64,000 nucleotides of DNA from an uncultured Verrucomicrobiae bacterium (GCA_963702845.1 OY969763.1:4480001-4544000), one strand, 5' to 3'. Positions 1 through 10,466 are shown, numbered from the stretch's first letter. Notes: a model not told the origin generated them from the letters alone. Numbers and translations are program-made.

Positions 1-1
1 C

Positions 2-790
2 TGGTGGCCGTTCGATGGCAATCTGAAGGATGTCTACGGATCGAACGACGCTAGTCCAGTCGCCGGCGTTGTCATCGTAAACGGCGAAGTTGGTTCGGGC
101 TGTTATTTTGATGCGGCGACGAACACACATTTAAACGTTGATGGCACGCCGGTACAGCCGCCCTGGACCGCGTCGTGCTGGATTTATCACCAGAATACTC
201 CATGGGTTTCCTCGGCTGTCATCGGTGACAAACTCACTTCGCTGAAACTGGAACAAAACAGGAACACGAGCAAAGTCGGCTTCACGAAGTTCGGCACGGC
301 CGACTACAGCTTTAACTACATCTCCCCCATCAACACCTGGGTTCATCTCGTTTGGGTCAGCACCACCACCAACACCAGCCTCTACGTCGATGGCGTTTTC
401 CAGGATGCAGTCGCGAACACCATCAACCTTCCACGCGGTCAGATCGGCGCTGATTTCGGCGGGAACATCGACCACACCCTCGGCGTGATTGACGAACTGA
501 TGCTGTTTAACCGTGCCTTGAGCGCGTCTGAAATCGTCGCCATCTACAACGCCGGTTCAGCCGGGGTTTTCCGCGTGCCAGAATTTGTTGGTTCATCCGC
601 CGGAGCCGTCAACCAATTCACCTCCACCATCCGCGGGCTCACGGGCAAAACGCTCTCGGTTTACAACTCGACCAATCTTATCGACTGGCTGCTCATTACC
701 AACACGCCTAATACAACTGGTTTGTTCCAGTTCAGCGATTCGTTCACACCTGGGGCCAATCTGAAATTCTACAAAGCCACCCAGCAATAA
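2..790 (+). CDS. Secreted LamG/concanavalin A-like jelly-roll domain protein, 5'-partial
   Basis: Open frame from base 2 (WWPFDGNLKDVYG...IDELMLFNRALSASEIVAIY), typical of LamG domains, ending in a STNLxxW...FYK tail. Confidence 0.8.
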   Translation, partial: WWPFDGNLKDVYGSNDASPVAGVVIVNGEVGSGCYFDAATNTHLNVDGTPVQPPWTASCWIYHQNTPWVSSAVIGDKLTSLKLEQNRNTSKVGFTKFGTADYSFNYISPINTWVHLVWVSTTTNTSLYVDGVFQDAVANTINLPRGQIGADFGGNIDHTLGVIDELMLFNRALSASEIVAIYNAGSAGVFRVPEFVGSSAGAVNQFTSTIRGLTGKTLSVYNSTNLIDWLLITNTPNTTGLFQFSDSFTPGANLKFYKATQQ

Positions 791-907
791 CTTGCCTGCA
801 CTTTAGCGGGCGACCTTAAGGATCTTCAGCGACTTGCCCCCTCATGTTTCGGGTTCTCCCCTTTGACAGGACCAGTCCCATCGACGACAATCTCAGTATA
901 TTCACGT

Positions 908-2380
908 ATGGCAACGCCAGCCGTTTCCATCAAAGCAAAACTGCGGTCGATGATTGTCCTAAGCAGCGCTGCCGCGTTGCTGCTTACTTCGGTTTCCTTT
1001 GTTTGCTACGAGATCATTAGCTTCAAACGGTCGCTCGTCCGCAACACTTCGACCTTGGCCCAAATCATCGCCGACAACAGCGCCGCCGCCGTAGCTTTCC
1101 AACGCGATGATGAGGCCACGCAGATGTTGGCCGCTTTACGGGCCGACCCATACATTCTCGAAGCCGTTATTTACGACCAGCACAACAAGCCTTTTGCTCG
1201 TTATCAAATTCCGAAAATCACACCAGCCCTCCCCTCGTCGCCCGCATTTACTTCCGGTTATCGTTTCGATGACGGATCACTTATTTACAGCGAACCGGTT
1301 ACCCAAAAAAAAGAGGTTCTCGGCACGCTCGTCCTACGCTGCAGCCTGGTCGCATTGTATCGCCGGCTCGGTCTTTATACGGGCATTGTCGTCACCGTAA
1401 TGGCGGGCTCTCTGCTCATTGCCTATTTCATTTCGCGCTCCATGCAACGACGCATCGCAGATCCCATTCTGGCGCTCGCCGATACAGCCAAGACCGTTTC
1501 CACCCGCAACGATTACACGCTGCGCGCCCAGAAATTGAGCTCCGATGAAGTCGGGCAACTCACCGAATCGTTCAATCAAATGCTGCAACAGATTCAGCAG
1601 AACCGGGAACAACTTCGCTCCGCGCACGCCCAAATCCAGGAGCACGCCCGCGATCTCGAAAAAACCGTCGCCGACCGCACTGCTAAACTTCAGGACACCA
1701 TTGGCGAACTGGAGGCGTTTTCCTACAGCGTCTCCCACGACATGCGCGCCCCGCTCCGAGCCATGAGCCGTTACGCCGAAGTCCTCCTTATCGACGCCGG
1801 CAAAAAACTAGATGGCTGCGAACAACAATATTTGGAACGGATCGTCACCAATGCCAAGCGTCTCGACGCCCTCATCCAAGACGCACTCACTTACAGCCGC
1901 GTTTGCCAGATCGAATTGGAATTGAAACCCGTCGATCTTGCTCCTTTGATCAACAGCATCATTGAGCAATATCCGGCTCTCCATCCCGACAAGGCCGACA
2001 TTATCTGCAAGACTCCCCTGCTCCACGTGCTTGCCCACGATGCTTCGTTGACCCAATGTCTTTCCAATTTATTAGCCAACGCCGTTAAATTCGTCGAACC
2101 AGGTACGCGCCCACACAGCACCATCTGGACCGAGTCCATCGATTCACAAGTGCGCATTTACGTTCGTGATAATGGCATCGGCATTGCCGCCGAAAACCAG
2201 CAACGCATCTTTGGAATGTTCGCGCGCATTAATAGCGACAAGCTTTTCGAGGGAACGGGTATCGGCCTTGCGATTGTGCGCAAAGCCGCCGAACGCATGG
2301 GTGGGGCTGTCGGGATCAAATCACAGCTTGGACAAGGCAGCACCTTCTGGATACAACTGAATGCAGCGACCGCACTATGA
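908..2380 (+). CDS. Membrane sensor histidine kinase (CHASE-type sensor, HAMP, HisKA, HATPase)
   Basis: Two TM segments, DEVGQL HAMP, H-box SHDMRAPL, N-box NLLANAVKF, DNGIG and GTGIGL; ATG 908 chosen over TTG 863. Confidence 0.93.
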   Translation: MATPAVSIKAKLRSMIVLSSAAALLLTSVSFVCYEIISFKRSLVRNTSTLAQIIADNSAAAVAFQRDDEATQMLAALRADPYILEAVIYDQHNKPFARYQIPKITPALPSSPAFTSGYRFDDGSLIYSEPVTQKKEVLGTLVLRCSLVALYRRLGLYTGIVVTVMAGSLLIAYFISRSMQRRIADPILALADTAKTVSTRNDYTLRAQKLSSDEVGQLTESFNQMLQQIQQNREQLRSAHAQIQEHARDLEKTVADRTAKLQDTIGELEAFSYSVSHDMRAPLRAMSRYAEVLLIDAGKKLDGCEQQYLERIVTNAKRLDALIQDALTYSRVCQIELELKPVDLAPLINSIIEQYPALHPDKADIICKTPLLHVLAHDASLTQCLSNLLANAVKFVEPGTRPHSTIWTESIDSQVRIYVRDNGIGIAAENQQRIFGMFARINSDKLFEGTGIGLAIVRKAAERMGGAVGIKSQLGQGSTFWIQLNAATAL

Positions 2381-2871
2381 TGCACCAAAGTGTTTTATTA
2401 GTCGAAGACGACGAGAACGACGTGTTCTTCATGCAACGCGCTTTTCGCGAAGCCGCCATCATCACCCCTCTGTATGTCGCCTCCGACGGCCGCGAAGCGA
2501 TCGATTACCTCAGCGGCAAAGGCAAATTCAGCGACCGACGGCAATGGCCTCTCCCCTGTTTGGTCCTGATGGATTTGAAATTGCCCTATGTTCTCGGACT
2601 CGACGTTATCAAATGGCTGCGGTCGCAACCGCAGTTCAAGAGCACCATTGTCGTTGTGCTCACCTCCTCAAAACAGGACGCCGACATCGAGAAGGCTTAC
2701 GCCCTGGGCGCAAATTCCTACCTCGTGAAACCACCCGACGTTCACCAGCTCGTCGCGATGGTCAAACGGATAAAAGAATACTGGATCGAAATGAATCAGA
2801 TCGGCCCGCCGTGCGTTGAGTTTGCGTGCGACAAATCTCCCAGCAAGCCCAGCAGTCCGGGGACGAAATAG
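2377..2871 (+). CDS. Single-domain response regulator
   Basis: LLVEDD, phosphoacceptor LMDLKLP, LTSS, GANSYLVKP; ATGA overlap with the kinase. Confidence 0.93.
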   Translation: MMHQSVLLVEDDENDVFFMQRAFREAAIITPLYVASDGREAIDYLSGKGKFSDRRQWPLPCLVLMDLKLPYVLGLDVIKWLRSQPQFKSTIVVVLTSSKQDADIEKAYALGANSYLVKPPDVHQLVAMVKRIKEYWIEMNQIGPPCVEFACDKSPSKPSSPGTK

Positions 2872-2895
2872 TCCTGCCCGCACGCGGACGCTCGG

Positions 2896-3426
2896 TCACT
2901 TAATGTAACCCGCCAGCTTTTGCAGAGCGGCGCGGCGGCAGGATTCCGTTTCTCCGCGAAACGCCTGCGTCACCGCATCGAACACCAACTTTCTGCCTCG
3001 CACCGGATCGCAAGGAGCCAGCACGATTTTGGCTGGATACCGATATTCCTTTCCGAAAAGCCTCCGCTCAAGCCAAGTCGGTTCGTATCCGGGTTTGTAA
3101 ATAAGAATCGACTCGCGGCTATGCACCGCGCCCTCTGCATAGTTCCACGTCCGAACACCTTGATCGACGAAGCGAACATTCCGCAAGTCGTCAAAATCAA
3201 CGACGATCAGCTTCGGGCTCTTCGGTTCCGTGGTCCCATCCGGCCCCTCCACGCTGCGGCGATACGCGACCAGGATTGCTTTCGCACTCGAGACCATCAT
3301 GTTGGTGGCCCGCGCATCGACAAGGATCGTGTTCACATCCTTGAACGGACGATACACCCGAACCTGCGGCACACAGGCAACCGCCATACCGATCAGTGCA
3401 ATAAATCCGCAACTCCGTAGCGTCAT
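2896..3426 (-). CDS. Hypothetical lipoprotein
   Basis: Hydrophobic N-terminus with lipobox-like AVAC; no recognised domain. Confidence 0.5.
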   Translation of the reverse strand: MTLRSCGFIALIGMAVACVPQVRVYRPFKDVNTILVDARATNMMVSSAKAILVAYRRSVEGPDGTTEPKSPKLIVVDFDDLRNVRFVDQGVRTWNYAEGAVHSRESILIYKPGYEPTWLERRLFGKEYRYPAKIVLAPCDPVRGRKLVFDAVTQAFRGETESCRRAALQKLAGYIK

Positions 3427-3486
3427 TCGGCAACGGTGAACTAATCGCCGTTGCCTTGTCAACACGTCGACAATTTCCGTGCACAG

Positions 3487-3523
3487 AAAAACAAAAAGCC
3501 CTGACGCTTGCACGTCAGGGCTT
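3487..3523 (-). terminator. Intrinsic terminator of the rpsF-ssb-rplI transcript
   Basis: AAGCCCTGACG/CGTCAGGGCTT hairpin followed on the minus strand by a T-run, about 20 nt after the rplI stop. Confidence 0.8.
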
Positions 3524-3542
3524 GGCTCAAAAATGTTTTAAA

Positions 3543-4196
3543 TTACTCAGCCTTTTTGGCTTTAGCAGGCTTGGCTTTCTTTGCCGGCTTTTCAGCGGAG
3601 GCTTCGGCGGCAGCGGGAGCTTCAGCGGTTGTCGCTTCGGTCTCGCGGGTCTTACGATGACCACGTGATTCACTGCGACGCGCTTCGGCCTTTTCCTTCG
3701 CTTCGGCAGCTTCTTTTTCAGCTTCCGATTGCACGAGCGGCGTCAAGCTTTCCACGCGCACTTTCAAGGTCGCGTGAACTTCAGGATGCAGGCGCAGGTC
3801 AACGTCGTAGTCACCGAGCGCTTTGATCGGGTGTTCAAGGTGGATCTTGCGTTTGTCGAGCGCGATGTCGAATTGCGTCTTCAACTGGTCGGCGATCATA
3901 CCGGCCGTGACCGTCCCGAACATCTTGCCGTCATCACCAGTCTTGACCTGCAAGACAGTGAGCAGCTTCGAAATGCTCTTGGACAATTCCGACATCGTGT
4001 TGAATTCATGCGCTTCGCGTTCCGCACGGCGTTTCTGCAACGCTTCGATGCGGCGCTTATTCGCACCGCTCATCGGAATGGCCAGACCTTGTGGAAAAAG
4101 ATAATTACGCGCGTAACCCGCGGCAACTTTGACCTGATCCGATTCGCCGCCCAGGCCAACGATGTTATGAGTGAGAATGACTTCTGTTTTTGCCAT
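3543..4196 (-). CDS. rplI: 50S ribosomal protein L9 with charged/Ala-rich C-terminal extension
   Basis: VKVAAGYARNYLFPQGLA, GKMFGTVT, PIKALG. Confidence 0.97.
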   Translation of the reverse strand: MAKTEVILTHNIVGLGGESDQVKVAAGYARNYLFPQGLAIPMSGANKRRIEALQKRRAEREAHEFNTMSELSKSISKLLTVLQVKTGDDGKMFGTVTAGMIADQLKTQFDIALDKRKIHLEHPIKALGDYDVDLRLHPEVHATLKVRVESLTPLVQSEAEKEAAEAKEKAEARRSESRGHRKTRETEATTAEAPAAAEASAEKPAKKAKPAKAKKAE

Positions 4197-4220
4197 AAAA
4201 AATTTTAGATAAATGTTTGC

Positions 4221-4682
4221 TTAAAACGGCACGTCGTCCGGCTCCTGCGGCGGCATATCCGGTTCCGAAGGTTCAGGCGCAGCAACTGGAGCAGAACTCG
4301 CCACCGGGCGCATTCCACCACCGCCACCGCCGCCGCCTTCACGATTACCACCACCGCCAATGAACGAAAATGTTTCGAGCACGACCTTCAACTTGCTCAC
4401 CTTCTGCTTCGTGTTCTTGTCTTCCCAACTGTCGAGCTTAAGTCGTCCTTCGACAAGCAGTTCGCGGCCCTTCTTCATGTACTGCGCGATAATTTCCGCC
4501 TGTCGGCCCCACGCCTCAATATCAATAAAAGTGACTTCTTCCTTCTGCTCGCCCGATTCGGTCTTCCACTGCCGATTAACAGCCAATCCGATCTTTGCAA
4601 CCGCAGTGCCCTTCGGCGTATAACGCAACTCAGGATCGCGCGTCAAATTTCCTGCGATTATTACTCTGTTAAAACTGGCCAT
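4221..4682 (-). CDS. ssb: Single-stranded DNA-binding protein
   Basis: NRVIIAGNLTRDPELRYT, Gly-rich linker, C-terminal DDVPF. Confidence 0.97.
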   Translation of the reverse strand: MASFNRVIIAGNLTRDPELRYTPKGTAVAKIGLAVNRQWKTESGEQKEEVTFIDIEAWGRQAEIIAQYMKKGRELLVEGRLKLDSWEDKNTKQKVSKLKVVLETFSFIGGGGNREGGGGGGGGMRPVASSAPVAAPEPSEPDMPPQEPDDVPF

Positions 4683-4723
4683 ACTTCGGTTCCTCTCTGC
4701 GGACACGGACGTCCGCATTCGGA

Positions 4724-5041
4724 TTACTTCGCTGCGATGACAGCTTCTTTTACCTCAGGCGCGTGGGTGAACATGACGCGGAACACTTCGTCGTTATTGA
4801 CGAAACGGCCACGCAATTGGTTCAGTCCCTCGGGCGTGCTCTCGAACACGATGTTGACGTAAAAACCAGCGGTAAATTTTTTATCGGCGATGCGCGAGAA
4901 AGACTTCTTGTCCATCTTTTGCACCGTCTCGACTTTGCCGCCGGCATTGGTGATTTCGGTCGAGATCTTGTCGATCGTGTCCTTAATCGTTTCTTCTTTG
5001 CCTGCGGTGTTCAAAATGAACAAGCCTTCGTAACGTTTCAT
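4724..5041 (-). CDS. rpsF: 30S ribosomal protein S6
   Basis: MKRYEGLFIL...GFYV, directly upstream of ssb. Confidence 0.93.
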   Translation of the reverse strand: MKRYEGLFILNTAGKEETIKDTIDKISTEITNAGGKVETVQKMDKKSFSRIADKKFTAGFYVNIVFESTPEGLNQLRGRFVNNDEVFRVMFTHAPEVKEAVIAAK

Positions 5042-5048
5042 TCTTTTC

Positions 5049-5651
5049 CTATTTTTGAGCGTCTGTTTGGATCGCTCCGTTAAATTTATTCATTGCTTCC
5101 TGCACCCCGGCGCTCAACCAGCATTCTACCTGCTGACTCGCGCGTCCCAGCACTTCTTCAACAACTTTTTTGTCGCTCCCCGCAAATCGGCCCAGCACAA
5201 AACCACTGATCTGCCGGCCATCTTCGGCGCGACGCCCAATCCCGATCTTCAATCGCGCATACGCGCGCGTCCCAAGATGCTGCTCAATGGACTCAAGCCC
5301 ATGATGACCGCCACTGCTACCGTCCGGTCTCAACCGAATCGTGCCCAGAGGCAAATCCGCATCATCCGCCAAAATCAAAATCTGCTTCGCCGGCAACTTA
5401 TAATACTCACTCACCGCCTGCACAGCCTCGCCGCTCGAGTTCATGTACGTCTGCGGTTCGCACAACACAATCCGGCGACCATCCCGGTCAACCTGCGCCA
5501 AACGCGAGTTGAACTTCTTCTTCAACTCCCAATTCGCGCGCCAACTGTTGGCCAACCGTTCCACCAACGCAAAACCCACATTGTGCCGCGTCCCATCGTA
5601 TTCCCTGCCCGGATTCCCCAAGCCGACGATTAAATATAAATTGTCGCTCAT
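5049..5651 (-). CDS. pth: Peptidyl-tRNA hydrolase
   Basis: LIVGLGNPG, TRHNVGF, PQTYMNSSG, GGHHGL. Confidence 0.97.
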   Translation of the reverse strand: MSDNLYLIVGLGNPGREYDGTRHNVGFALVERLANSWRANWELKKKFNSRLAQVDRDGRRIVLCEPQTYMNSSGEAVQAVSEYYKLPAKQILILADDADLPLGTIRLRPDGSSGGHHGLESIEQHLGTRAYARLKIGIGRRAEDGRQISGFVLGRFAGSDKKVVEEVLGRASQQVECWLSAGVQEAMNKFNGAIQTDAQK

Positions 5652-5655
5652 TCGA

Positions 5656-5707
5656 GGTAGGGACGGCGCGCTGCGCCATCCGAACGCCGCATCGCAGCGT
5701 GCCTACC
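5656..5707. repeat. GTAG-type REP-like palindrome pair
   Basis: GGTAGGGACGGCGC-GCT-GCGCCATCCG...GCCTACC; related units at 10471, 16786, 45628 and 58513. Confidence 0.65.
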
Positions 5708-5716
5708 TTTGTAAAA

Positions 5717-6484
5717 TTACTTTTTCTTCTCAGCCTTTGCAGGAGCTGCGGCAGCGGGGGCTTTTTCACCAGCTTTGGCAGCGGGCGCTTTTTCAGCACC
5801 CTTCGCCGCACCGGCAGCAGGAGCAGCACCTTCCGCTCCTTCTTCCTTCTTCTCCTTCGTCATTTCGACTTCGCCCGCAGTAGCAGCAGCGCCTTCCAGC
5901 ACTGCAGCTTCCGCTGCTTCACTGACAGGAGCAGCAACTGAGAACACAGAAATCTTTTTGTCACCAACGAGTTCAAGGCCAGCTTGTGCCTTGATGTCGC
6001 CGATGTGGATCGATTGGCCGATTTCCAGGTGCGACACATCCACCAGGAGCACTTCCGGCAAATCCTTGGCCAAACCGCGCGCCTTCACCTTGAACAACAC
6101 GTGTTCCAACGTGCCGCCGCCGGTCTTCACGCCGGCTGCAATGCCAGTCGGTTCCACCGGAATATTCACCGTGACCTTTTCGTTTTCGGCCACTTCATGC
6201 AAATCAACGTGCAACACCTGGCCCGTCAAAACGTGCTGCTGGATTTCCTTGAGCAGCGCGAGGCGGCTCTTCTTGTCGCCTTCGACCGTGAGGTCGAACA
6301 ACATGATTTCGGAATGCGCTTTATTGACGACGTCTCGAAACGCCTTGCTATCCAATTCGACGCTTTGCGGTTTGTTTTGGCTACCGTAGATGACAGCCGG
6401 AATACGGCCGCTCGAGCGGAGCTTTTTCGCGCCAGCGCGGCGCCCTAATGTGCGAGGAAACGCATTTAATCCAACAGACTTCAT
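5717..6484 (-). CDS. rplY: 50S ribosomal protein L25/Ctc
   Basis: LRSSGRIPAVIYG, LHVDLHEV, GVKTGGG; prs-rplY-pth order. Confidence 0.96.
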   Translation of the reverse strand: MKSVGLNAFPRTLGRRAGAKKLRSSGRIPAVIYGSQNKPQSVELDSKAFRDVVNKAHSEIMLFDLTVEGDKKSRLALLKEIQQHVLTGQVLHVDLHEVAENEKVTVNIPVEPTGIAAGVKTGGGTLEHVLFKVKARGLAKDLPEVLLVDVSHLEIGQSIHIGDIKAQAGLELVGDKKISVFSVAAPVSEAAEAAVLEGAAATAGEVEMTKEKKEEGAEGAAPAAGAAKGAEKAPAAKAGEKAPAAAAPAKAEKKK

Positions 6485-6573
6485 AAATTTTAAAATTTCT
6501 TTAGTCGAACCGATTTTGCGGTTCGCAATTTAATACTACTTCAAATTTTCACCAACTGCCTCGATCACGTCTT

Positions 6574-6614
6574 CAATTCGCAATTCGCAATTCGCAATCC
6601 AAAATCCGCAATCG
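6574..6614. repeat. 7-bp period tandem repeat (CAATTCG-like, about 6 units)
   Basis: caattcg caattcg caattcg caatcca aaatccg caatcg. Confidence 0.85.
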
Positions 6615-6615
6615 T

Positions 6616-7560
6616 CTAGCTCGTCCTTCCGCCCTTGAATTCAAACAGCGAGGTAATCGACGAATTACAATTAATTCGTTTGATTGCCTCGCCCAACAAA
6701 CTGGCCACAGACAAAGTGGTGATATTTACCCCCTCTATACGGGGGCGTAGGACGGTATCAGTCGTAATCAATTCGTCAATATTAGATTTTCGCAATCTTT
6801 CGATTCCCAAATCATTCAAAATCGCATGCGACACACACGCCAGTATCTTCTTGGCCCCCTTCTTCTTCAAAAGCGCCGCCGCATTCACCAACGTCCCCGC
6901 TGTCTCCGTTAAATCATCCACCATCAACACATTACGACCGCGGATCTCCCCGATCACCGCCATTGCCTCCGTCTCCGTCGCCGACTTGCGCCGCTTCGCC
7001 ACAATCGCCAAACCCGCCTCCAACACCTGCGAATACGCATGCGCCATCTTCAAACCACCCACATCCGGGCTGACCACCACCAGATCCGCCAACTTCTTCT
7101 TCTTCAAATAATCATACATAACCGGCGCCGCATAAAGATGATCCACCGGGATATCGAAAAACCCCTGGATCTGTTGCGCGTGCAAATCCATCGTCAAAAT
7201 CCGATTTGCACCTGCTGCCACCAAAAGATTCGCCACCAACTTCGCCGTAATCGGCACCCGCGGCTGATCCTTACGATCCTGGCGCGCATATCCATAAAAC
7301 GGCAACACACACGTGATCCGCATCGCACTCGCCCGCCGGAGCGCGTCCATCATAATGAACATCTCCATCAGGTTATGATTCGTCGGCGGCGACGACGACT
7401 GCACCACGAACACATCCTCCCCGCGCACATTCTCCTCAATCTTGACAAACGTCTCCCCATCCGGAAACGAAGTCACGACCGACTTGCCGAGTTCGATACC
7501 TATCGACTCAGCAATCGACTTCGCCAAAGGCGGGTTCGAAGTACCAGCAAAAATTTTCAT
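6616..7560 (-). CDS. prs: Ribose-phosphate pyrophosphokinase
   Basis: FPDGET, YGYARQDRK, MDLHAQQIQGFF, VSPDVGG, VDDLTETAGT. Confidence 0.97.
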   Translation of the reverse strand: MKIFAGTSNPPLAKSIAESIGIELGKSVVTSFPDGETFVKIEENVRGEDVFVVQSSSPPTNHNLMEMFIMMDALRRASAMRITCVLPFYGYARQDRKDQPRVPITAKLVANLLVAAGANRILTMDLHAQQIQGFFDIPVDHLYAAPVMYDYLKKKKLADLVVVSPDVGGLKMAHAYSQVLEAGLAIVAKRRKSATETEAMAVIGEIRGRNVLMVDDLTETAGTLVNAAALLKKKGAKKILACVSHAILNDLGIERLRKSNIDELITTDTVLRPRIEGVNITTLSVASLLGEAIKRINCNSSITSLFEFKGGRTS

Positions 7561-7567
7561 ATTGATA

Positions 7568-7633
7568 GTTGGGACGTCGCGCGCTTCGCGGGAGCGAACA
7601 ACAAAATAATTTGTTCAAATCTCACGTCGTCCG
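7568..7633. repeat. ~66-bp REP-like dispersed repeat, copy 1 (copy 2 at 16693-16758)
   Basis: Shared GT(A/T)GGGACG..CGCGCG.TTCGCGG.AGCGAACA.CAAAATAATTTGTTC.AATCTC..GTCGTCCG. Confidence 0.8.
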
Positions 7634-7650
7634 TCAAAATTTCATCAGTC

Positions 7651-7697
7651 GTAGCGCAGGTTTCCAAACCTGCTGTATCGCAAGTTTCCAAACTTGC
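7651..7697. repeat. GTAG-initiated double-hairpin REP-like element
   Basis: GTAGC GCAGGTTT-CC-AAACCTGC then GCAAGTTT-CC-AAACTTGC. Confidence 0.7.
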
Positions 7698-7878
7698 CGC
7701 CGCCCGAAACTCAGGCAAATGCAAATCACATCATTCGTGTGAATTCGTGAAACTTCCTGTCTCGGAAAAAAATAAAACCACCAAAAGGTGGTTCGGACGC
7801 AAAACAGTAACAACGAGATTTCGAGACGCAAGCTTGGAGTTTTAGACTATGAAATTTGAAATGTGAAATGTGTAAATG

Positions 7879-10383
7879 CTATGGATTCACCACCACCCGA
7901 TAATAGCTCACCCCCGCCACCGCATTCGTATCCAACAACACCATCGGCGCGCCCGTCACGCCACCTTGCGAGCCGCCAACATTTGAAAATCCCACTGCCA
8001 CCGGCGTCGCCGACCGTTGCAATTGAAAAACATGTCCCGAATAACCCGGCATCGTCACCGTCACTAAACTATTTGTGCGCACCACCGATCCGATTTGTAT
8101 CGAGCTCGCCGTCAACACCCGTCCATTCACCCCATTCACAAAACCCGCCGGCAACGTCGCGCTGCCGTTAATCAAATCCAAAATCCCATTATTCACGAAC
8201 GCCGTCGCCAGATGCGCATCCAACGTCCCGCTCCCGATAAATCGCATCGTGCCATTATTCGTGACCGCCCCCTTCAACACCATCGCGCCCGCCGTGCTCT
8301 TCGTGACCAAACCACCGGCATTCACCGTCAACGCGCCATTCAGCGTTCCACTTCCATCATACGTCCCGCTGTCCAACACCGGCCCCGCAATCGTCCCGCC
8401 ATTCAGCAACGTCGCGCCTGCACCGATCGTGACGACCGTATTCGCCAGCGACCCAGCCGCCGCAATCGACAACGTCCCGCCAAGCACCAACGTCGGCCCC
8501 GTATAAAGTTCCCCGCTCGCCAACGTTTCCGTGCCGGCGCCGACTTTTGTAAAACACAACTTTCCCGCACCATCAAACATCGCACCCGAAAAACTGCCGC
8601 TCCCGTCCCCTGAGCCGACCGTCAAAGTTGACGTCCCGCTCGAGCTATAAACCAAATTGCCGCCTGATCCATTGAACGCACCCACCGTCACCGACGCCGA
8701 ATTCAACGTCAAATACCCAACGCCACCAACCAGCAACGGCCCGTTCGGATCACCCAACGTTCCCGTGCTCGCGACCTGCAACACACCATTACTCACAATC
8801 GTCCCGCCCGTGTAAGAATTCGCGCCCGCCAGCGTCAACGTTCCCGAGCCGTTCTTCACAATCGCTGCCGGCGATCCACTCCAACCACCGATCGTTCCAT
8901 TAATCGTTTGATTCGCGGTAATATTAAAACTCGTGGTACCGCCCAGAAGAAACATATCCGTGCCACTCGTCGAACCGCCCTGCGTTGAAATCTGCGTATT
9001 CGGCCCACCGACACCCGCCGTCAAAGTCCCTTCGCTCACAAACGTGCAATCAAAAGTCGACAGCGACGCGCCATTATCCGCGCGCACAAAAATCGCTCCG
9101 CCCAGCGCCGCACCACCGCCGCCATTGCCATAATTAACATTCCCATAACCTTGCCCGGCAAAAGGTCCACCCGCAGCTCCTCCCCCACCGCCGCCGCCAC
9201 CAAACCCACCAACACCACCGCCAGCGTCACTCCCGCCACCGCCACCGCCGAACCCGCCATGTCCTCCCGATCCATAATAAAATCCAGAATACGGTGGAGC
9301 GCTTAAAACATAGATCGACCCTGAGCCGCCACCGCCAAAATCCCCGCCGTTACCGCCGGTGCGACCGCCGCCACCTCCGCCATAACGACCACCATTACCA
9401 CCCGCGCCTGACAAATTCGTATAAGTCCCGCCACCACCTCCACCGCCGCCGTAAATCGAACCGCCCACTCCATTCTTCGTAACCGCGCCGCCATTGCCAC
9501 CCGCCTTCGTTCCCGATGCATCATTGCCGCCGGGTCCGCCAGTGCTGATAAAACTCGGATTCGATCCATTCCCCCCTCCCGTGTAAGCCCCACCTCCACC
9601 ACCAGCCTCAACGGCTCCAGCGCCGCCACCGCCAAAAATTCCACCACCACCACCGCCGCAATCATCCTCTCCCGATCCACCCGCGCCGAACCAACCGCCA
9701 CCGCCGCCGCATGGTCCATGCCCGCCCGGCCCATTCAACCCACCGCCACCACCACCCACAAAATTCCCTTGCCCCGCCAGCACCACCCCGCCGCCATTGC
9801 CACCGACCGCCGAACAATTTTGAAACGACACATGATCCAATACTACCGTCCCGGCGTTCACAAAAATTCCGCCACCGAGACCAGCCCCACCGCCACCGCC
9901 ATAACTATCCACCCCACCCGCGCCGCCGATAGCTTTGCCATTCGCAATCTTCCAATACGAAATCGTCACCGCCTGGCCCGGAGCATCAATGAAGAACACA
10001 CGATTGTTCCCCTGCGCATCAATCAAACTGTCCGCTTGCGGGCTTCCCTGGAAAACCTCAATCGTCATATTCGTCGTGATCGGCGGCAACGGATACGTCA
10101 GCTTGAAACTACTCGCCCCTCCGACAAACGTATCCGAAACAATCACCGAACCGCCGTGCGCATTCGCCTGGACAATACACCACCGCAAATCCCCCGCCGC
10201 CGAACTCAACGACTGCCCAACCCCAACCGCCCCGTTATCCGTCTGCAACGCCACATTATAAACAGTCGTGGCACGCACCCTCACCGTTGCCAGTAAAACG
10301 AAAGCGAAGATCAAAAAAACTCGGAGAGACAAATTACAAGAGTCCCAAAACCAAACCAGCATGCGCGGCAGAGTAGTATTCAT
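7879..10383 (-). CDS. Secreted Gly-rich protein with autotransporter-associated beta-strand (passenger) repeats
   Basis: Signal-like N-terminus, long GGxGG tract, repeats KNGSGTLTLAGANSYTGGTIVSNGVL and KVGAGTETLASGELYTGPTLVLGGTL, C-terminal YYRV tail; start uncertain. Confidence 0.85.
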   Translation of the reverse strand: MNTTLPRMLVWFWDSCNLSLRVFLIFAFVLLATVRVRATTVYNVALQTDNGAVGVGQSLSSAAGDLRWCIVQANAHGGSVIVSDTFVGGASSFKLTYPLPPITTNMTIEVFQGSPQADSLIDAQGNNRVFFIDAPGQAVTISYWKIANGKAIGGAGGVDSYGGGGGAGLGGGIFVNAGTVVLDHVSFQNCSAVGGNGGGVVLAGQGNFVGGGGGGLNGPGGHGPCGGGGGWFGAGGSGEDDCGGGGGGIFGGGGAGAVEAGGGGGAYTGGGNGSNPSFISTGGPGGNDASGTKAGGNGGAVTKNGVGGSIYGGGGGGGGTYTNLSGAGGNGGRYGGGGGGRTGGNGGDFGGGGSGSIYVLSAPPYSGFYYGSGGHGGFGGGGGGSDAGGGVGGFGGGGGGGGAAGGPFAGQGYGNVNYGNGGGGAALGGAIFVRADNGASLSTFDCTFVSEGTLTAGVGGPNTQISTQGGSTSGTDMFLLGGTTSFNITANQTINGTIGGWSGSPAAIVKNGSGTLTLAGANSYTGGTIVSNGVLQVASTGTLGDPNGPLLVGGVGYLTLNSASVTVGAFNGSGGNLVYSSSGTSTLTVGSGDGSGSFSGAMFDGAGKLCFTKVGAGTETLASGELYTGPTLVLGGTLSIAAAGSLANTVVTIGAGATLLNGGTIAGPVLDSGTYDGSGTLNGALTVNAGGLVTKSTAGAMVLKGAVTNNGTMRFIGSGTLDAHLATAFVNNGILDLINGSATLPAGFVNGVNGRVLTASSIQIGSVVRTNSLVTVTMPGYSGHVFQLQRSATPVAVGFSNVGGSQGGVTGAPMVLLDTNAVAGVSYYRVVVNP

Positions 10384-10466
10384 AAACGCCGCTGTGGCGG
10401 GTAAATCGTAGAAGCGGCTGCTCCCCATCCTGTCAAACAACCCGCAGGAACACAATCTATTACAAG

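Noticed and set aside
9100..9930. CCG/CCA-rich repetitive DNA
   Set aside because: Explained by Gly codons of the secreted protein on the minus strand.
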